Under the pieces are notes generated by a model. The model saw nothing but the letters and a program-made list of their open reading frames with translations. It was not told the DNA's origin and did no database searches. Positions 39,573 through 50,904 of a stretch of DNA of 64,000 bases are shown here, piece by piece. The stretch's first letter is position 1, and every line of letters begins with the position of its first letter. Source of the stretch: Octopus vulgaris (Eukaryota); the NCBI GenBank assembly GCA_951406725.2, contig OX597814.1, forward strand, positions 181,412,001 through 181,476,000, read 5' to 3'. The translations under genes were made by a program, and so were the position numbers.

Positions 39573-40499
39573 AACCTATGGCTGAACAGTGGAATTTGAT
39601 GGAGGAAAACTTTGCAGAAACCCATTGTATGCATGTGTGTATGTAGGAATTATTCTAATGAAAAGCACTGTGACTGGGATTCAAAAGTTTTGTTGGCAGT
39701 GGGTTATCAGACCATTAGGTAGTTTGTGGCTAGAATAAGTATTAGGTGGAGTGAGAGAGGTTATAGGGATGTAGGGAATAAGGATTAAATGAGAGAGGAG
39801 TTGCAAATTAACATGTGCACACAAGGTGGAAGGAGAAGGACACAAGGATGTGTTGAAAGAGAAGGTATTATGCAGATATATGTAAGTATGCAAACTGTCA
39901 AATATGTAGATGCATGTCCACTCAGACACATATAGACAGGTGTGGGTGTGTTTAAAATTTACAATGAAAATAACAAGACAAAGTATAAGTATTATTTTAA
40001 TGCTCAGTGAAAGATTAAGAAAGTAGAAGTATTTTTAATGGTTTGAGCTAAAATACTTATTCTGATAGAGAACTAGAAAGAAGAAAAATATGGGAATAAC
40101 AGAAAAATAAATATTGTTCTGCTCAAGTCATGTTGAAAAATGCAGTTTGAATGACCATATGTGACCCAGAAGGATTGAGGTTTTTAATTCAAAAACAACA
40201 GAGGTGATTATGCAAAAATTATATATCTGTATGTGTGTCTATTTTTATTGTGTATTGTGCACTCAATACACATGGGATAGTATGTATGGTTCTATAGTCA
40301 TGACGTGTGTATATATATGAGTATGCCATTTACATGTCTATGTTATTTAAGGTTGTACATGCACATTTTGATTGTAATTATGCTCTTGTGGAAGTGATAT
40401 GAGGATGTAAGTCACACTGTGTATGTATGTGCTTACGTAGTATGTGTATGGACTTTTGTTGAATGTATGTTTAGGTGTATTAGGGCGCATACAGGTTTG

Positions 40500-41150
40500 A
40501 ATATGCTTGTATACATGAGAGTAGGGAGGAGGATGTGTGCATTAAAAATTGTAGTGGTTGAGTTCATTAGGAATGAATGTTTGAAAAGTGAAAAGGAATT
40601 TCTGGTTGTATTAGTGACCAGAGCCTGGAGAATTATGTAGGGTTCCACTGAACACAAGAGATACCAAAGAGTGGACTGATTAACAGAGCAGAAATGACAT
40701 GAATCAGAGAAGTCATTACATGTATTTGTATACATGCATACTCAAAGACAGGTACACACACACACACACCAGAAAATATCCATTAAAAATGTCAAATGAC
40801 AACCACAAAGGAATATGTAAATAAAATTAGGTATGTATGCTTTGAACTGGGGTATGAGTAGAAGAGTAGGGGAAGGTTGAGGGTGGGAACTATTGAAATT
40901 TAGATTCAAGGTATCTTCTGAAGAAGCAATGATTAGGTAAGTGAGGGAATGAGGTTACCTAAATACAAGAACTGAGATTTAGAAGAAAGGAGAGGAAAAC
41001 AAATTTTTCAAAAGTTTGGGAAGATTCATTCAGATAGATTACTTAATATGGGAGAGAATGTGAAAAATATGAAAATATTTAAGCATTTAAAAGTTAAATG
41101 GTTATTCAGTGTAGAAAGAAAAAATATTTTTAATGATATATCAGAAATAA
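40500..41150 (-). mobile_element. Highly decayed Penelope-like GIY-YIG/linker fragment
   Basis: Cys-rich remnant followed by ...FKHSFLMNSTT, resembling the PLE H..SF...NSTTL motif; weak. Confidence 0.4.
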
Positions 41151-42255
41151 GGGGATATGAAAGTGCAGATGGACAATGACAGGGGACAAGCTAATTTGAT
41201 TAAGATCAACTTAATCTTAACAGACATAACAAATCAAGCAAAATGCAAAAAAAAAACAATTTAAGTTGGGAAAACAAAAGAGATGGAAATAGCAGAATCA
41301 TTGAAGAGATAGAGAGAACACATGAGAGAAATAGAGAGTGGGAGTAAAAAAATGGAAGATTCTAAGAGTGAGAAGCAGAGTAAAAGTGGGAGTAGAAGTA
41401 AACATGCAAGAGGAAGAGTGAAAGTAATATTAAGATTTAAACATAATAAGGGAGAAGGAGAAGGAAGAATATCAAAATATTGTAAAATTTGAGACATCAC
41501 TGTGTCTTTAGTTATCTCATTGTCTTATTCTTTCACTCTCTGCATTTGTTTGAAGTGTTTTTGAATTGTATCTTGGTATATAAAATAATGACATGTATAG
41601 TCAAAAGCATTATTTCAGTATAAAAATGAAAAAAAATTATGAAAGCCTCACTCCATGCAGACTTTTAAGCTAGCTCCTGCAGAGGGCTAATTGGACCTGC
41701 AGCTCAAAACTAAAAATAGCTAAATAGCATGACTATAATACGTCTATAATGACTATATCCCCTGGTGGTGTTTGATCAGAGGTTAAGGACGGATGAGAAT
41801 TAATTGTGTAATGCAATCATTCTATTGTTCCAGTCCTAAGTTGAATCCAAACTATTGGACAATTTATCCCAAGGTTCTTATCTCAAACGTAAACTTAACA
41901 CAGATTTCATTTATCTCCCCCTTGATCTCTGACAAATGCCAACGAAGATGGCATAAATCAGCCAAGCTTTACCTGCTAGAAATAGCAACCCAAATGCTTT
42001 TAAATCAGATCCCAATGCTGGATGTTCAAGAGCCAAATGAAGGACAGATTTTCAATCCTGTGATCATCATGATTCCAAAAAGGTATAATATGTCTATGTG
42101 GAGCAAATGTAAACTGAGAAACAGGGATCCAATATGGACAGACATAATTTCACCTCTATTAATATAGATATGCATATACATTTATCTAGGTCTGTCTATC
42201 TGAAATCAGAACCATGTGATAAGGAAGCAAACTTTTCACCACACAGCCATGCCTG

Positions 42256-42659
42256 TCATCATCGTTTAACGTCCGTTTTACGTGCTAATACGGGTTGGAC
42301 GGTTCGACTGGGGTCTGAGAAGCCAGGAGGCTACACCAGGCTCCAGTCTGATCTGGCAGTGTTTCTACAGCTGGATACCCTTCCTAACGCCAACCACTCT
42401 GTGAGTGTAGTGGGTACTTTTTACGTGCCAGGGGAGGCTAGCAGCGACCATGATCAGTTGGTGCTTTTTACGTGCCAGGGGAGGCTAGCAGCGACCATGA
42501 TCGGTTAGTGCTTTTTACGTGCCACCAGCACAGAAGCCAGTCAAAGCAGCGCTGGCATCAGCCAAGTTCAGATGGTGCTTTTTACATGCCACCAGCACAG
42601 GTATCACAACTACAATTCCCATTTGATATTTATTTTGATGTTGATTCACTTGACTCAAT
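42256..42659 (-). mobile_element. RTE LINE 3' UTR copy with an internal ~50-bp tandem duplication
   Basis: Reverse complement of the shared 3' module; ttacgtgccaggggaggctagcagcgaccatgatc occurs twice. Confidence 0.85.
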
Positions 42660-42733
42660 CAGAAATCATATATATATAGAGAGAGATAGAGAGAGTAGGG
42701 GGGAGGGAAAGAGAGATAGTGTACATATATATA

Positions 42734-43890
42734 TATTGGGTCATCCCATAAATAATGCAGTGTTTTCATTGCATGAACTAAAAATTGGAGTGGGCAGGAT
42801 AAACTACCTGCATTAACATGCTATAAAAGCAGATAGTATTTTTACCTTGTCCTTATTCTTAGTGCAAGATTTGAAGAGTGCAGTTCGATTTTAACAGTTA
42901 TTTTTTCAAAACTATAATGAAAGTAATAAAGGAGCATGTTGAGCATATTTTGCTTTATGGGTTCAATAAAGACAAAAACGCAATGGAAAGTGTGAGGAAT
43001 ATTAATATGTGGAGATTAGACAGTAAGTGTAAACGAGTGTCAACGGCCGTTCCAGAAATTTCGAGTTGAAAACTACAACCTAGAAGATGAGCCTCATCCT
43101 GGAAGATCTGTAGAGCTAGATGAGGATGTCCTGCAAACCCTAGTGGAACAAAATCCCATCGTAACTGTTGAAGAACTAGCAGAGAAGCTTGGATTTGGTC
43201 ATTCAACCATTCATCAACACCTATGTGCCGTCGGAAAAGTCAGCAAATTGGATCAATGGGTTCCTCACAAACTTTCTAAGTCTAATCACACACAGAGAGT
43301 GAATGTGTGCTCTTCGTTGCTATAACGTCTTGAAAATTAACCTTTTTTGGACTGAATAGTGACTGTTGATGAGAAATGGGTTCTCTATAAAAATGTCAAG
43401 TGCCGAAGACAGTGAGTAGGGAAAGGAGAAACACTGGCACCCCAGGCTAAAGAAGGTCATCACCCACATAAGGTATTGTTATCTGTTTGGTAAGATATGA
43501 AAGGTTTAGTCCACTTTGAACTTTTAAACCCAAACCAAACAATAACAAAGGAGATCTACTGTGAGCAGCTTGAGCAATTTAAGTCAGTGCTAGAAGAAAA
43601 TAATCCTCTTTGGTTTCAAAACGAAAGGTGTTCTTCCATCAGGATAATGCCACATACAGCAATGATGACATTCCAAAGGCTGGAGCAGTTTGAATGGGAA
43701 ACAATGCCCCACCTACCATATTTGCTGGATATTATCCCATCTGATTATCATTTATTCCACAGTCTTCAAAATCATTTGGACAGAAAAAATATGAATTCTG
43801 TAGACAAGATCAGAACTGTATTTTTCATCATGAGCAAGTCAATTTTGGAAGAGGAGCCTTGCAAGTCTACCAGATAGATGGAAGAGCATA
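42734..43890 (+). mobile_element. Mariner (D,D34D) transposon with a pseudogenised transposase; 3' TIR not seen
   Basis: TA|ttgggtcatcccataaataatg 5' end; ATG at 42917; WVPHKLS, IVTVDEKWVLY, FHQDNA and PYLLDIIPSDYHLF motifs; several stops and frameshifts. Confidence 0.93.
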
Positions 43891-44319
43891 AAATGCAAGA
43901 GACACACAATCTCATATACTGCATTACTTACCCCAACTGCAAGGAAAATTACATTTGTGATACAAACAATTCCCTCTGCCAACGTGCAAGAATCTACAGA
44001 CAACACATCCAACAAGAGGAATTGTGAAAGACTCCACTGAGCAAGCATCTAGAAACATGCAGTAAAAGAAAGTTCAAAATCTTTCCCTTTTACAAATGTT
44101 CGAGAGTTGACTCAAAATTCTGAAAAGCAAAGGAGCTACAGCTTGTCAAAAAATTCTCTCCAAAATTTAATGTTTGAAAGAGAACCAGAGGAGCTACATT
44201 TTTTCAAAAAGATTGGAAAGAGAAAATATATATATGTATGTATATTATATATACATCTGCAACCGAAGGTACTTTGGATGGGCTGGGGCTATGCGAAACT
44301 TGTGCAGGGCTGGGGCTAT

Positions 44320-44905
44320 CCTGCACCAGTTTTGCATAGCCCCAGCCCATCCAAAGTACCTTAGATTGCAGAATGACCTGCTGTGCTTACTTTGGATTGT
44401 AGGGTGACCTGCTGTGCTTGAGGAGACCTATTGAGTCAAGTACATCAATATCAAAATAAATATCAAATGGAAATTGTAGTTACGATACCTGTGCCAGCGG
44501 CACGTAAAAAGTACCATCCGAACGTGGCCGATGCCAGCACCACCTTGACTGGCTTCTGTGCCGGTGGCACATGACCTACTGTGCTTGAGGAGACCTATTG
44601 AGTCAAGTACATCAACATCAAAATAAATATTGAATGAAAATTGTAGTTGTGATACCTGTGCTGGTGGCACATAAAAAGCACCATTCGAATGTGGCCAATG
44701 CCAGCGCCGCCTTGACTGGCTTTTGTGCCATTGGCACATAATAGGCACCAACCGATCATGGCTGTTGCCAGCCTCCCCTGGCATGTAAAAAGCACCTACT
44801 ACACTCATGGAGTGGTTGGCATTAGGAAGGGCATCAAGCTGTAGAAACACTGCCAGATCAGACTGGAGCCCGATACAGCCCCCTAGCTTCCCAGACCCCG
44901 GTCAA
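44320..44905 (+). mobile_element. RTE LINE 3' UTR copy with a ~167-bp tandem duplication
   Basis: gacct.ctgtgcttgaggagacctattgagtcaagtacatcaa at ~44406 and ~44573, followed by the shared 3' module. Confidence 0.85.
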
Positions 44906-44929
44906 ACTGATTTGACTAAGGACTGTGAA

Positions 44930-46150
44930 ACAGATGGCTGCACCAGGCTCCAATCTGATCTGGCAGAGTTTCTACAGCTGGATGCACTTCCTAATGCCAA
45001 TCACTCCGAGAGTGTAGTAAGTGCTTTTACGTGCCACCGGCATGAGGGTCAGTCAGGCAGTACTAGCAACGGCCACACTCAAATGGTGTTTTTTAAGTGC
45101 CATATGCACGGGAGCCAGTCCAGTGGCTCGAATGTTTTTTTCACATGCCACCGGCAAAAGTGCCAGTAAGGCAGCGCTAGTAACAATCATGCTCGAATGG
45201 TGCTTTTTACATGCCACCAACATGGAAGCCAATCAGCTGCTCTGGCAATGATCACACTCAGAAGGTGCTCTTAGCACTCCACTAGCAAGGATGCCAGTCC
45301 TCAAATTTGATTTCAATTTCAATTTCACTTGCCTCAACAGGTCTTCGCAAGCAGAGTTTAATGTCCAATGAAAGAAAGGTATGTATAAGTGGGCTAGTTA
45401 CACCCCTGGCATAGGCCACATGTTATGGTCTTACTTAGCTTGCACAGCATATTTCCAAAGGTCTCGGTCACTAGTCATTGACTTGGTGAGGCCTACTATT
45501 CAAAGGTCATGCTTCACCACCTCATCCCAGGTCTTCCTGGGTCTGCCTCTTCCACACATTCCCTCAACCACTAGGGTGTGGCACTTTTTCACACAGCTAT
45601 CCTCATCCATTCTCACCACATTATCATACCAGTGCAGTCATCTCTCTTGCACACCACATCTAATGCTTCTTAGGTCCAACTTTTCTCTCAAGGTACTTAC
45701 ACTCTGTCAAGTATGCACACTGACATTACACATCCAGTGGATCATACTGGCTTCATTCCTTGCAAGCTTACACATGCCCTCAGCAGTCACGGCCATGTTT
45801 CACTGCCATGTCGCATGGCTGTTCATACACATGCATCATACAGTCTACCTTTTACTCTGAGCAAGAGGCCCTTTGTCACCAGTAGAGGTAAGAGCTCTCT
45901 GAACTTTGCCCAGACTATTCTTATTCTAGCAGCTACACTTTCAGTGCACCCTCCCCCGCTACTGACTTGGTCACCTAGGCAACCGAAGCTATCAACTACT
46001 TATAGTTTTTCTCCCTGGAATGTGGCAGAAGTTGTTCTCTGCACATTTCCAGTGTTTATTGCTCCTGAGCATCTGCCACATACAAAAATTATCTTCCCAG
46101 TTAGCCTTCCTTTGATATTGCTGCACCTTTTATGTGTCCATAGCTTCATA
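44930..46150 (-). mobile_element. 5'-truncated RTE LINE (ORF C-terminus and 3' UTR)
   Basis: Minus strand encodes DSCVKKCHTLVVEGMCGRGRPRKTWDEVVKHDL; homologous to 8973-9628. Confidence 0.9.
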
Positions 46151-46246
46151 CTCTTTTATAGCACCTTTTATGTGTCCCTGTCTTCATACTCTTAATTTCT
46201 TTATCTACCAAGGTACTGTCAATTCGGATATATGGTCCCTCTGTTG

Positions 46247-46286
<40 letters not shown>

Positions 46287-46288
<2 letters not shown>

Positions 46289-47152
46289 GGGGTTGGACAA
46301 AATAATGGAAACACCTTAAAATTTCAAACAGTAATTACAGCTTGAATTCTATGAGATAAGGACTCATACAAAGTTTGAATTGTTTCCAAAGGAATTTTTG
46401 TCCAATCTTCAGCTAAAACAGTCTCCAGTTCTTGTAGTGATGATGGTGGAGGATATCGACTCATTACTTGTTTTTCTAAAATGTACCATAAATGTTGAAT
46501 AATATTGAGATCTGGGGACTGTGGTAGCCAGATAAGATGTTCAACTTCACTAGAATGTTCCTCGTGCCATAACTTTAGCTGTGTCAATTGGTTCATTATC
46601 ATCCTGAAAGATTGTGCTTCCCTCCAGAAACAGTTCCGCAACCATTGAATGAATTTGATCAGATAAAATGCTTAAATAGTCTTGACTATTAATTCTGCCA
46701 TGAAGGGAAACCATTGAACCAACGGATTTCCAAGAAATAGCCCCACAGATCATCAGAGATCCTCCTCCATGTTTAACAGTTGGAAGAAGGCAGTCCAGAT
46801 CAAATGCTTCTTTTGTCTGTCTCCACACGTATACTTGGCCAGTGGCCAGAAATATGGTAAAGGATGACTCATCCGAGAAAATAACATTCTTCCACTGCTC
46901 TAGGAGCCAATTCTGTAGGTTTTTACTCCACTCTAAATGTTTTGCAATGTTTGTTTTTGAAAGTAGTTGTTTTCTGATTGCAGCCCTCTCGTGAAATCTG
47001 GCTTTGTGCAGCTCCCAGCAAACAGTTTTTGTAGAAACTGGGTTCTCAAGGTGATCATTAAGCTCTGCAGTAATTTTGGGAGCTGTACTTTTGTGATCCT
47101 TTCTAACAATTCGTGTAAGAGTTTAACGGTCCCTATCTGAAAGTTTTGGTTT
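46287..47152 (-). mobile_element. Tc1 (DD34E-type) transposon fragment with one TIR
   Basis: VIFSDESSF, PTVKHGGGSLMICG, FQDDN and PQSPDLNIIQHLW motifs; caggggttggacaaaataatggaaacac terminus. Confidence 0.93.
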
Positions 47153-47775
47153 GGATCAAAGGAAACATCTAAATCAACTTTTGACAGATTAGTAGAAACA
47201 GTGAATTGCCAAAAAGTATCAATGAGATTTTTCCTAAATTTATCAAGAGTGTGATCATCACAGCCTCGAGATATTCCCAATCTATCATCCTGGTATTGGC
47301 CAATATCATGGCATTGGAACTTGGATTTAAGTGTTTTTAATATAAACAGACCTACAAGATTGTAGATGTCAGCACTACATCAATACATCAAACAATTCAT
47401 CTTTATCTGATTTTTTAACCTATGCTGAGCTCTTACAAAACAGAAGTGTTTTTCTCACATGCATAATGTCTAAATCTATGTAGTCTATGTCAACATATGT
47501 TTTTGCAAACTCAATTGCCTTCACAGACATCAAGGGATAAAAATCTATAATATCAAACTGTGTAAATCTGGCCCTATGCTTATTCTTTAAATCTTTAAAC
47601 TGATCCATTACAGTATTGCTATTATCCCATTGCTGTAGCATAGTGGTCTCTCTGATTCTCATTCCTTAGTACTTTTTTGAATACCAACCCCATTTCAGTC
47701 CTCACTGGGTTTAACAATCTTTTAGAGTAATGAAAGCTTACTCTTTTGATAAGCATTCTAATCTATCATCAATAG
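47153..47775 (-). mobile_element. Penelope-like RT fragment
   Basis: FTQFDIIDFYP, RKTLLF, LVGLFILKTL, YQDD and TNLSKVDLDVSFD remnants. Confidence 0.8.
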
Positions 47776-47849
47776 CAGTATTACCCCTGCTCCATGTAGA
47801 TCTCTCAGATGTTTTGGTAAAGTATTAAATAACCATGTGTCCTTCAATC

Positions 47850-48270
47850 CCAAGCTACAGCAGATCTTCACTCTAGATTGGACAGCCGAGACCTTTGGAT
47901 CAGAGCAGTGACATCCAGTTCAGGGGCTGGTATAGTTCTCAATGCTAAAGTTTGGTGCCAACCCCTCCAGGATCTTCCATATGTATATCACAGTATATCT
48001 CTCCCATCTTTGCTCTAGGGAGTAGAGTGTAGCTCTTTCAGTCTCTCTCAGTTGTTCAGCTGTTCCATTGATGCAAGTCTTCCTGATGTAGCACTGATGA
48101 ACTGTCTCAAGTTCTGCCATTAATCTGATACTGTGGGGTGACCACAGTTGAGAGCAGTAGTTGAGATGGCTGAGGACAAATGTCCTTCATAGTTTCCAGT
48201 CCCTTGTTCTGAAAGTTCTCAGAATCCATCCAGTCATTAACCTGTACACTGCCACCATCTTGGTGATACA
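47850..48270 (-). mobile_element. CR1/L2-group LINE ORF2 C-terminal fragment
   Basis: WILRTFRTRD, NYCSQLWSPH and LYSLEQRWERYTVIYIWKILEGLAPN remnants. Confidence 0.8.
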
Positions 48271-50850
48271 CACCAGCCTAATATATCATTATGTTGCCTT
48301 AATCAGTATTATTAGGGAAGGTTTCAAAAGATCATCTAAATAAATGCATACAGCATAACAATAATGAGTTTCCCTCCATTAAACAGTAGCATACTACTTG
48401 TAGAACATACAATACTGTTCCTAACATTCTTTACTTTTACGCTCCTGATAAATTTACATATAGCAGTGAAGTTTTCTAAATTTTTAATATTTAAGCAATG
48501 ATATATGATTATATAATTTTGATTTAAATCTAGTTGCACAAGTTCCTATTTCCCCTGATTTAATGAATATTTATGAATTATAAATTATGCATTTTCTTAA
48601 GCACTGGCTATTCAACATATGGTTTAGATGATTGTTACTACATTGCTGGGTAAGACTATTTCAATTATTAATTATATCATTATTATTATATGAATGCTAA
48701 ACCCATTTCAACAAACTCTCTTAATTTACAAGCATTGTGTGCCACTATAATTTCAGCCAAATTTCTGGTGGCTGAATATGCTACCTACTAAATAACTTAC
48801 CATATTTACTTGACAGTGGGAGAAGCTTGGTGAGGCCTTGAAAAATTTACTTTGTATATGTGTGGCTACTTGGGCTCAATATGGAGCATTATATCATGCA
48901 ACCTTTCATAAGCAAGTCCTTCACTTTCTAGCAGGTAAATATTATAGTTATTATTGCCTCACATATTCCCTGTGTGCATATAACATATAAAATATATATA
49001 TTTGTATAATGCATAATGTATATATGTGTGTGTGTATATATATGTATATTAAGAGTTATTAAGATGGAACAAGCATCTATACATGGCATTTTATCGGTCA
49101 TAAAACCTATTACATAAATGTAACCATAGATATATTTAGAGAAGAAAAATAGTCTTTGATATATCTTTACAGCTATTTCAAAAAATCCAGTGATTTGTGA
49201 AGGTAGTAATGTGTATTATGCTAACAAGTATATTTGTTTACATAATAGTATACAGTGAACAGGTAGAATTTATTATTAACACCTATACATGATACATTAA
49301 TATGATCAAGCTGGAAACACTGAGGTGCCAAATTCTTTTGTTCAGATGGATGAGTGGCAAAAGGCAAAAAGCAGATTTTATAGAAACCTCTATATATGAG
49401 TATAGAAACATCAATAAAAAGATAAAGGAAGAGGGGGTTAATGTATCATGTTTATCATTGATTATAATTTCTATTTGTTTGATGTATATTATCACACCTT
49501 TTTGCATACTTGTGAATTTTTGAAACAGGTGTAAAGATCTATATTTTTGTCTTTGTCAGATTTATCTTGGATTATGTCTTTGTAATGTCACTTATGAATA
49601 GTACAATGCCATATATACATGTTAGTTCATCTTTTATCACTTTATTATACATTTCTTATAGCCAACTCTTCTGTGGAATTATTTCTACAATTATTAGGTT
49701 GGATTTTAAGAACCTGACTATTCTGAGTACTAATCTGGTGTTCATTTACAATACACTTATATTAGCATCTTTTCACCCACTATGTGTGTATGTGTGTGTA
49801 GTGAATTGGGGAGAAAGAGATGTATGGAGATGGAGGAGAGATAATTTGGTGGCATACAAGGGTGATCAATATAAAATGTGGGTGGAGAAGACAGTATTAA
49901 GAATAAAGATGGATAACAGTGAAATGGTTTTGGATAATAAAAGGCTGTAAATGATATCAAAGAAAATCTGAAGTATGTATTCTGCTCACATTTCAGCAGC
50001 AGAATATTGTAGTTAGAGGGATCATGGCTGGTGTGAGTGTCTTGAGGAGGGAATTTGGTGAGTAGTGCAGTTGCACACACATACACACACATATTAAAAA
50101 ATACGTAATCAACTGCAGAAAACTAAAGAATAAAAAATCAAAATACTTCTGCTACATAATAGTTTTTATTGTCTAATTAATGTTCTTGAGCAGAATGCTG
50201 ATACCATTGAAAGGAATAACATTGTAAGAACATAATCTATGACAATTAGTATCACATATAACAGTTCTTTCTCTGGTATTTAAATGGATCCATTTCTGCT
50301 GTTTAACTAGCATAACACCATCAGTTGTGCTATATACACAGTGCATATAATGTTGAATCATTCAGATTACAGCTTCACTTTGAAGGAAAAGAAGGAAAGA
50401 AAAACTTTCAAAAACTAAAATAAGCCATTATTTTTAAAATGTTTGAAGGAATAATTTTGTTGTTTCAAAAATAATTGTTCACAACTGAATTTTCTTTTCT
50501 TTAATAGTAACCATAATAATTTCATTACTTTTTCTTGTTTTTAGAAAGACTCATTGTTGAAATGATTTCTTTAAATCTTGAAACATCACAATTTTCAAAA
50601 TTTTTTTGTAAAAATTTTCTTGATTCTCTGTTTGTTTTGAGGTTGGGTTAGCAAATTTTTTACTGTTTTTATTATATTTTTTTTTCAGCAAGTATCAACA
50701 AAGAAAAACAAAATATTGAGCTAACCATTCCAGTTATAAGGTAGGGTTTTAAAAAGACATATATTTTGGGCTGAACTTTTCACAACCCCCCAAATGCTCT
50801 TTTTTTTTCTTTTAAAATTAAAACACAACCATTTTTTCAGTTTCTTCAAT

Positions 50851-50904
50851 TGGTGCTACAATAAATATTGGTGCCACAATAAATATTGGTGCCATAGTAA
50901 ATAA
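50851..50904. repeat. Three copies of an 18-bp tandem repeat
   Basis: tggtgc(t/c)acaataaatat x3, third copy degenerate. Confidence 0.8.

Noticed and set aside
42917-43890. Functional or domesticated mariner transposase
   Set aside because: Multiple in-frame stops and frameshifts, and no 3' TIR.
45015-45290. CRISPR-like repeat-spacer array
   Set aside because: The repeats are degenerate and lie within an RTE LINE 3' UTR found several times in the window.
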